Part shown: piece by piece, positions 51,715 through 58,579 of the stretch
How the letters are laid out: each line of letters opens with the position of its first letter
Position numbering within the stretch: position 1 is the stretch's first letter
Source of the DNA: a virus
Lineage: Duplodnaviria > Caudoviricetes
Length of the DNA stretch: 58,579 bases
Strand: one strand, 5' to 3'
Virus record (IMG/VR): IMGVR_UViG_3300042197_001846
Location: 1 to 58,579 of that record
Notes under the pieces: generated by a model
Told to the model about the DNA's origin: nothing
Databases searched by the model: none
The model's input: only the letters and a program-made list of their open reading frames with translations
Made by a program: the position numbers and the translations under genes

Positions 51715-51909
51715 CTACGGGGACTCTTGTTTCAAGTGAATATTTTTAATTGCCCCTAGGTCTAGCAGTGTTTCGATTACAGTTTGTGGTAGCCCGCTAA
51801 TTGGGCCCACATAGTCTGGCAGTCCATAGCCCTGCCAATATTTACAGTTACTGCCAGTTAATTCTACCAAACCCTTGCCAACTTCAACTTCTAGCGTCAT
51901 CATTGACAT
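51715..51909 (-). CDS. Hypothetical protein
   Basis: GGAGG RBS before ATG at 51909; has its own promoter. Confidence 0.55.
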   Translation of the reverse strand: MSMMTLEVEVGKGLVELTGSNCKYWQGYGLPDYVGPISGLPQTVIETLLDLGAIKNIHLKQESP

Positions 51910-51982
51910 GTGTTGTTCCTCCAGATCAATAATAATATTATACACTGTTGGGCTGGCCGTTTCAAGTAAAAATTTTTAGTGT

Positions 51983-52102
51983 TTATAAGAACCACAGCTT
52001 AATGTGGTAAATGGCTAGCATAACCGTGGTAAATATAGCAGCTAAGGCTACTAGTAGTAAGTAGGTAATAGCCCAGCGTTTATAGTATTCGCTAGCGTTC
52101 AT
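51983..52102 (-). CDS. Small membrane protein (39 aa)
   Basis: MNASEYYKRWAITYLLLVALAAIFTTVMLAIYHIKLWFL; ATGA overlap with the upstream gene. Confidence 0.45.
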   Translation of the reverse strand: MNASEYYKRWAITYLLLVALAAIFTTVMLAIYHIKLWFL

Positions 52103-52377
52103 GTTTCGATAAAGTTATAGAAGTTAATGATACTGTCCACACTATTAGCCCAACGATCAAATTCATTGAGAGGACAGCTAATATCTACAAGGAAGTCTGG
52201 ATATGCCCAGTAACGAAAACGGTACAGCCTATTACCACGCTTAGCCATTGCACCTAACTTGAAGAAGTCACGGTCAACCTTAAAACCCTTACGCTTTAGC
52301 ATAGTCTTAAATTGGCTAGCACTCATGCCACTGAGTTGATCTCGGCTAGGCTTCTTTGCAGTATACTTGAATCTCAT
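52099..52377 (-). CDS. Hypothetical basic protein
   Basis: TAAGGAG RBS; 92 aa. Confidence 0.6.
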   Translation of the reverse strand: MRFKYTAKKPSRDQLSGMSASQFKTMLKRKGFKVDRDFFKLGAMAKRGNRLYRFRYWAYPDFLVDISCPLNEFDRWANSVDSIINFYNFIET

Positions 52378-52674
52378 AGGTACTCCTTATAATTTGCTAT
52401 TTGTTTAGTGCTATCGTGCAAATTTAGACATATGGTAGCTAACCAGTCATAGCCGATGCAGTTATTTCAGGATTCGTCTCCGGCCGATTGAACCCGAATA
52501 GCTATAGCGTCCTATAGCGATACCTTGATAACACTAAACAAATAGGGTTAGAGGGAGTACCGCGGCTAAGTCATAGCTTAGCCTAATAACAGTTGGTTGT
52601 ACTCTCTGGCGATTGTTCTCTAACACAATAATAATATTATACAGACTTCTGTCTGACAAATCAAGTGAATATTT

Positions 52675-53274
52675 CTAGTCTTTATAGTTTACCAAAACTT
52701 GAAGGCAATCCCACTGGCCATATGTGAATTGCAGGGTACGGTTGTTGATAGTAACATCAAACCCCTCACCATTATGCCACTCACACACTTCCATAAAATC
52801 CGTAGGACTAGCATGATGGCAGTATGCCTTAAGTTCAGCAAATTTAGCCTTACGTGTATACACTTCAATGGTCATTGTAGACTCCAAAGTGTTGTTTGAT
52901 GTAGTCAATGCCTTCTATGTGCGGCGCTACCGCAATAACTTCTAGTACCGTAAGCTGTACCAGCCTGTTGATAAATTGTACCTGTGTTTGCCAACTATTG
53001 CTATTACCGCTAGGAAATGCTGCTGTTAGTTCTGCTGCCTTATTCCACAACTGTTCAACATTTTTATTCATAGGTAATTCTCAACACTGTAGTATTCATC
53101 AAAGGCTAGGTCTATACTATGTCCACAGTACGCCCAAACAATCTCAGCAGATTCATCATAGCTCATCATCTGCTCTTCTGCGTGAGCTGTATCTTCTGCC
53201 TTACATACAAATGGCAGTGGCTCGTCTAGGAAATTTTGACCGTCGAACCTATATAACACAACGTAATCTTTCAT
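52675..53274 (-). CDS. Three small overlapping hypothetical early genes (53068-53274, 52865-53071, 52675-~52878)
   Basis: Downstream of the promoter at 53299, with GAGGAG RBS and coupled start/stop overlaps. Confidence 0.55.
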
Positions 53275-53442
53275 TGCCGCTCCTCACATTATATAAATAT
53301 TATACGCGGGTTAGGCACGCAGTTCAAGAGAATATTTTCTATTTAGCCGAATAGGATGGCCAATATGAGTGCAAGTACTAGTAGGACAAAAACTATGGTA
53401 CGCTTGTAGCCGTGGTTGTCGTGATCCATATTTAATTACCCG

Positions 53443-53652
53443 TTAAAAATAAAATATTAGGTATATGAGTAGGACTAGCGTTGGTATGGCTAGGAGCAGT
53501 AATCCCCAGATTTGTCTGTGGATCATTTCCTGCTCGTAGAGCTCAATCTCTTGGGGGTTAAGCGTTTGCCTAACCTGTTTAGGCAGTTCACTAAAGCCTG
53601 TGAAGAATAGTACCAGACCCAAAACCGTAATAATCGCTAGTAGTATACTCAT
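53443..53652 (-). CDS. Small 2-TM membrane protein
   Basis: Two hydrophobic segments in 69 aa. Confidence 0.55.
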   Translation of the reverse strand: MSILLAIITVLGLVLFFTGFSELPKQVRQTLNPQEIELYEQEMIHRQIWGLLLLAIPTLVLLIYLIFYF

Positions 53653-54064
53653 ATGCGCTCAAGCTGCCAATTATTGCAAGTACCACGAATGCCGTCATCA
53701 TACTCTACTAGTACATTGCCCCAAAAGCTCTCCGGTCCGTCATAGTGTAACCATTGCTTGATAACTGTAGCCACCATACCATTTGGACCTACTAAGACCT
53801 TAGTACCACTAGTAAACTTTGCAGTTTGACCACTACTATCTATCTTACAAGTGCAAGCACTAAACTCCTCACACTCGTCGTCTATTTGTAAGAAGTCCCA
53901 GTCAGGGCATAAGTGTTTATACAGTGCCATAGACACGCTCCAACAAAACCTGTTCAGCTGCTTTAAGTGCAGCGTTCCAACTAGGTGTGTCGTATGGATC
54001 GCCGTCTGCGCCAACGCCCGAATATCCGCGTAGATCATCTAGTACGTCAAGCACAGCCTTGAGT

Positions 54065-54307
54065 TCAACAATCTGGGTCATAGCTCATCCACTCATCGTA
54101 TTCACTAGGCTCATAAACACTACTATCAATATCGCTAGTAAAGTCGATGGCATCACCAAACTCGTCGTAGACATGGCAATCGTATTGTGTTGGATCTGCA
54201 TCTGCATGCCACCTAGCGAACTCCAATCTAGCCTCGTAAAGGTAATCAACCTCAAACTCATCAACAACGGCACTAGTCAAGCTGTTAACAACTTTACACT
54301 TATACAT
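54065..54307 (-). CDS. Acidic hypothetical protein
   Basis: GGAG RBS before ATG at 54307 (MYKCKVVN...YDPDC). Confidence 0.55.
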   Translation of the reverse strand: MYKCKVVNSLTSAVVDEFEVDYLYEARLEFARWHADADPTQYDCHVYDEFGDAIDFTSDIDSSVYEPSEYDEWMSYDPDC

Positions 54308-54320
54308 TTGTTCTCCAGAC

Positions 54321-54353
54321 AAAAATGGCAGCCAAGTGGCTGCCAAAGAAAAA
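54321..54353 (-). terminator. Rho-independent terminator
   Basis: TGGCAGCC-ACTT-GGCTGCCA followed by TTTTT on the minus strand. Confidence 0.7.
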
Positions 54354-55253
54354 CCATACAAAAGCTGATTACTATTCCTCACCTTTTGGGCGCTACACTA
54401 CATGGCTAGCTATGCTTGTATCGAACCCTAATCAGCTTTTGTATGGCTACCGGTTACAAAATCCGGCGTTACACTTTCGGAGTAACTGTTCTACCTATCC
54501 CGCTACCCTACTTCGTTTAAGACTCGCCGCCTTTATACACGCTGATAGCCACGTGTTATGATATTGCTATCATATTCAAACACATTTGAACCTTTCTTCT
54601 GTGCTCAGACACAATCTCCCATCTAGAGTGGGCGTGGGGTATGTGCTTGAATATGATACCAGTCCCTAAACTGGATCATATTGTCTTTTTACTCTAGGAC
54701 GACAGTCCGCAAGTCTCAAATAGCCCTATGCGTAGTCCACCATCACTCGCATATTTTAGTTGACGGGACTTTCACCCGCCTCGACATTGGCCGCCTAGCC
54801 ACTAGGGAAATGTGACAGCAAGCTTATCGGGCCTTATTATCCTTACCCTAAACCGCGGCAGGTGATAGTATTGAGGCTATCAGCGTCAACCTTGTGGGTT
54901 TTGGGTTTCGCTGGAGTTGCACCAGCTCATCAGAGGATTTAGTTAGCTACCACTCCCACATGGCCCTAACTTGAGCAGTTACTCTGTCCATACCTTAGTC
55001 GGGGTAAGGTACGCCCCGTTACCGTTTTACCCTAAACCTGGATGAATGGCCCAGTGGGAGGTCTGGCAACTAACCTAAAGCCTCTAACGCTAGCTTTATC
55101 GCGCTCGGCCATTGGGTATGGCCGAGATTAGTTAGTACAGTCAGTGGTCGCTACAATGCACATTTTGTGTAATATATAAATATTTATTTAGTGTGGCAAA
55201 ATGTCATTTAAAGCTGTGGGCCTTGTCAGGCTTTACTTTCCTCACTGACTATA
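54354..55253 (-). ncRNA. Candidate large structured ncRNA B (~900 nt)
   Basis: Bounded by promoter 55260-55288 and terminator 54321-54353; no credible minus-strand ORF; 12-20-bp long-range inverted repeats. Confidence 0.65.
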
Positions 55254-55298
55254 AATAATATTATACAGGGTTTGGGCTACTAGTTCAAGATAAAATTT

Positions 55299-56434
55299 TT
55301 AGTCTTGAACTACTATGTGCTCATAGGTTCGCCTAGCAGCACCAAAAAGGTAGTCGCGTACAATTTCTTGACGCATAAGTTCACAAGTCCAGGTTACAAG
55401 CTCGCGGCTATAGTGTTCAAATTCACTGGTATAATCACAACTCCAGTCAATGTTACCAGGCCCAGGGCCGTGTGGTTCGTCACCCCAAAATACAAAGCCA
55501 CATTCATGTGCCAAACTCTTAAATCTTGGCGACAATTTTATGGGTGTTTGTGGTTGCAGATTTGGTTTAAGCGCACTATTGATTGTGTTAATAATTTCCT
55601 GATCCATTTTAGTCCTTTACTTCCCAAGCCCAGTTGGTGATAACCCAATCGTCGAGGCAATCTTCCCAGGTAAACTTACTATCAACCTCACTTTTACCAA
55701 ACTTCTTACACATACGTTCATACCAATATGGCCAGTATTCTACGCGTATTTCTTGCTCGGTAATTAAACGTGGTTCAGTATCTTCAAACTCATTATACTT
55801 GAATACTCTCGTCTTCGCCATCTTGATTAACTCTAGTAAAGTTTAAGCAGGTTACCCTGTAATCGTCTATTACATATTCTAAGGTACGTGTAGTTGGCTG
55901 GCTGCCAAAGTCTCGACTGTAGACTAGGTTACCATCACGCTCATAGATCTTTATCTGTGTGCTCATCTTGTGCCCTTTCTGGTGGAGACTCAAGTCCAAA
56001 GTACAGCTTAATAGCCATAGTAAGTTGTGTTTTACTGGGTTTACTAGCCTGTACAATTTGTAACACATCATCAACGACTAGGTTAACCAGTTTATTATAA
56101 TCAGTATTATTATCTGCCCAGCGACTATAGCTTTGCTGTTTATATCGTTTAATTAGTTCCTGTTTCAATGTGGTGCTCCAAGATAGTGTCGGCCAATAAG
56201 GTTTAGTATTACAAATACGCTAAACCAAAGCATGCCGTAAAGAAAATAGCGTTCATAGCGATTTTTAATTGCATACCAGGGAATCTGCTTAAAGGTGTAC
56301 ACATCTTGTATCCACAGCTGATCGTTATCAATATAATTTAGCTGTGGTGGCTGATAGTAGCGGCCAATCTTAACACGTTGATTTAGTTGTATAGGTATTG
56401 GTACAATCTCGCCATCACGAATTATGTGTGCCAC
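55299..56434 (-). CDS. Run of small hypothetical early genes (55299-55607, 55609-55821, ~55793-55966, 55941-56168, 56165-56434)
   Basis: Tightly packed or overlapping co-oriented ORFs. Confidence 0.55.
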
Positions 56435-56569
56435 GTTTTAGTTCCTCTATGTGTTCTTCTATGATTTTTGCAGCCATTTGATTGAAAGTAATGTCCAATT
56501 CATGCGCACGCTTAGCAATGTGCAAGAACTCTTCATCAGTTAGCTCAACTTGTACAGTTTCCATTTCCA

Positions 56570-57133
56570 TTACATGGCCCTTTCGCCGTGTTCGTGAAAG
56601 CCCACATGACCGCCACGAAATTTAATTATACGCTTACATTCTTCAAAACTGATTGGTGTGTAGTTGACACGCTCTACACTTACGTTAAAGTATCTAGGGT
56701 CAACTTTATCCCCAGGCAGTACAACCTCGCGGTAGTGCAGGTGACCATGTATATTACAGCCAAATCTAGCCAGACTATCTGGGTGTACTGGTATATGACT
56801 CAACAGCATACCATCAAGTACATGATAGCCACGAACATCGTCTACATAACTGAGGTATTCTTCAGCAGGAAAAATATCGTGATTGCCTTTGATCAACACT
56901 TTACGTCCACGTAGTCTGTCTAGGGTATGTATACTCTTGCGATTGATAACCACATCACCTAGCATGTATACACGGTCTTTAACCCCAACAACACGATTCC
57001 AGTTCTCAATCATGTGCTCGTCCATCTCCTCAACACTACTAAAGGGGCGCAGCCAAGTGCCGTCGTGTCGGGTAAACTTTATAATGTTTGCATGACCAAA
57101 GTGCATGTCACTGATAAGCCAACAATTACTCAT
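56570..57133 (-). CDS. Calcineurin-like metallophosphoesterase
   Basis: SDMHFGH, LGDV, GNHD, SHIP, HGHLH motifs. Confidence 0.9.
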   Translation of the reverse strand: MSNCWLISDMHFGHANIIKFTRHDGTWLRPFSSVEEMDEHMIENWNRVVGVKDRVYMLGDVVINRKSIHTLDRLRGRKVLIKGNHDIFPAEEYLSYVDDVRGYHVLDGMLLSHIPVHPDSLARFGCNIHGHLHYREVVLPGDKVDPRYFNVSVERVNYTPISFEECKRIIKFRGGHVGFHEHGERAM

Positions 57134-57265
57134 CTTTATCCTTCCTACTATGTAACCTATTCCCTAACCATACTGCTAGGGCTAAGGTAGTTACAAGTAC
57201 AATAACCTTAAATTCTATTACATCCCATATAGTATGTGTTAGGTCTAGTGTTAACATATATTCCT

Positions 57266-58490
57266 TTAGTCGTATTGACTCTTAGCCTTGTCATCCCAGG
57301 TATCGTGGTCTAATACATCACTTATACCCTTATTATACACTAACTGTAGTAGTTGTGCAAGTTCATAATCCCTGAGGTTAAAAACACTAATTGCCAGGAC
57401 GTCGCTTGGCTCTCTGCGGAGAATCCTAGCAATGTCCTGGCTATATAGCTCAATAACACCTCTTGTTACATGCGGCAGTGGTTGTTTCATTGCCAAGTCC
57501 TGTGCCGTTCTGCTATCCACTCGATACCGTCATATTCACAAATCATCCAATCAACGTCACTGGGTATTTCAACAATTTTAAGCTCGCTGTGGTTGCCATT
57601 AGCAGCTTCGCCTAGGGTTTCTAAGCACTGAATGAGGTCTGGATCATCGCGGTTAAGATCGCAAGCATACATATAATTATTATTGCTCACAATAAAATAG
57701 CTGTGATCATAGTCGTCGCAAGCATGTTGCCAGCCCTTACGTTTAGCAATAAAACTGTATGCTTCATCGCTAAGATCAAACCCACCATAATCACTGTTAA
57801 TTGCAATTTTAGTTACATCCATTGATCTTTCCTAAATTTGTTAAACACCTGTTTAACCTCTTCTGGGCGATCTGGCATGCTTTCTACCACCTTAGCTTCT
57901 AATTTATCTATTAGATGGCCTAGTCGCTCACCGTCCCAGATAGCATTGTGTATGGCTAAGAAACCACTAACCTGTGCCTGCACATAACTTTCAGGCCCAA
58001 AACCGAATACGTCGTAGAGAGTGTGGCGATAGCTACTGCGTTGTTCAATTTCAGCATTATACAAGCGGCGCATAACACTGCAAAATGCTTTTAGCTGATC
58101 GTCCTTGCTAAGACCATTCCAAAACTTGTCATGATCTTCTTCAAGATCCGCTTCCCACCGCTGAAAACTATTATGTAATTCTTGGTCAAACATTTAATAC
58201 CTCTGCTGGAAAATCTATTCGTCCATCCCACTCTAGTTGCTGCGACTCAAAGTCTGTGAGAATATTATCTTCAACTACATGATAGCCCAACCAGGTTTCC
58301 CACCACATTGGTGTATTGTGCAGCTCAATAACTGCCTTGGCTAATTCTACCTTACGCTTAACATCTTCATCAGTATAGCCGCATGGTAGTTGAACTACGT
58401 AATCACCAGCACCTTTAGCTTTCCAGTATGGGTCGTTGGCTGTACCGTAATTGTTGTAAACTTGTGTGGTAATGATAATTTTCATAACTG
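57266..58490 (-). CDS. Run of hypothetical early genes (57266-~57490, 57487-57822, 57813-58193, 58186-~58488)
   Basis: Overlapping co-oriented ORFs; 57487-57822 has the common phage pattern IAIN..YGGF.LS...R.DP.L...E.LG..A...EYDG.EW. Confidence 0.55.
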
Positions 58491-58579
58491 TCCTAGAAGT
58501 AAGATGGGCCAGCATAGCTGGCCCACAATTCAAACACCAAGCTTTTGTGCAAGCTGCTCAAGAACTTCGTGGTTGGCTT

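Larger units (their letters stand above)
50381..55288 (-). promoter_or_regulatory. Family of six early promoters, (A-rich)CTTGA(A/T)N-N17/18-TATAAT
   Basis: -10/-35 on the + strand at 50381/50405, 51707/51730, 51937/51960, 52636/52659, 53299/53322 and 55260/55283; spacer is 17 bp except 18 bp in the first. Confidence 0.85.

Noticed and set aside
19290-54560. Other CACGTG cores (e.g. ~19293, 32189, 32294, 42129, 42723, 54550) as additional parS sites
   Set aside because: Their flanks do not match TGTTN...AAACA
43594-55040. TTTAGGG/TTAGGG as telomeric repeats
   Set aside because: Copies are single and dispersed with conserved flanks, never tandem. Reported as a dispersed binding motif instead.
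50763-55253. Canonical tRNA genes, tmRNA, RNase P RNA or FMN/cobalamin riboswitch
   Set aside because: I found no full cloverleaf with a GGTTCRA T-loop and anticodon arm. GGGTGAAAGTCCC and GGTGCAACTCC match only the T-loop parts of those riboswitches, without the other conserved blocks.
1-58579. Prophage/lysogeny module, IS elements or alternative genetic code
   Set aside because: No integrase, repressor or transposase was seen, and the long genes read through intact under the standard code

Overview
This window is part of a lytic, T5-like (Demerecviridae-like) tailed phage genome, probably from an aquatic, non-enterobacterial host. About 1-43.6 kb is a minus-strand late/virion module. It runs: small and large terminase, HNH nickase, portal, a fused prohead protease-major capsid gene, neck and tail tube, a tail chaperone with a -1 frameshift, tape measure, a lambda-like tail tip with two NlpC/P60 domains, a fibre ending in a Hint/intein-like domain, a holin-like gene, a 3480-aa Gly-X-Gln collagen-like fibre, Gly-rich proteins and a 2OG-Fe(II) oxygenase. 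About 43.7-49 kb is a plus-strand block resembling a T5 pre-early (first-step-transfer) region, with A2-like proteins, a HAD phosphatase, a DEDDh exonuclease, a PQ-loop protein and an SprT-like protease. Its intergenic DNA holds the most unusual signals: two host-chromosome-type parS sites (one a perfect TGTTTCACGTGAAACA), and a repeated cassette of hairpin, GCGCC, an antisense sigma70-like promoter with an 18-bp spacer and two boxes exactly 21 bp apart. About 49-58.6 kb is a minus-strand early region with conserved promoters. Two of these promoters drive ~900-950 nt, largely ORF-free, highly base-paired transcripts that are candidate large ncRNAs, containing T-loop arms, an anticodon-less tRNA-like domain and a hammerhead-like core. 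Protein family calls come from motif recognition and synteny by eye; no database searches were run.
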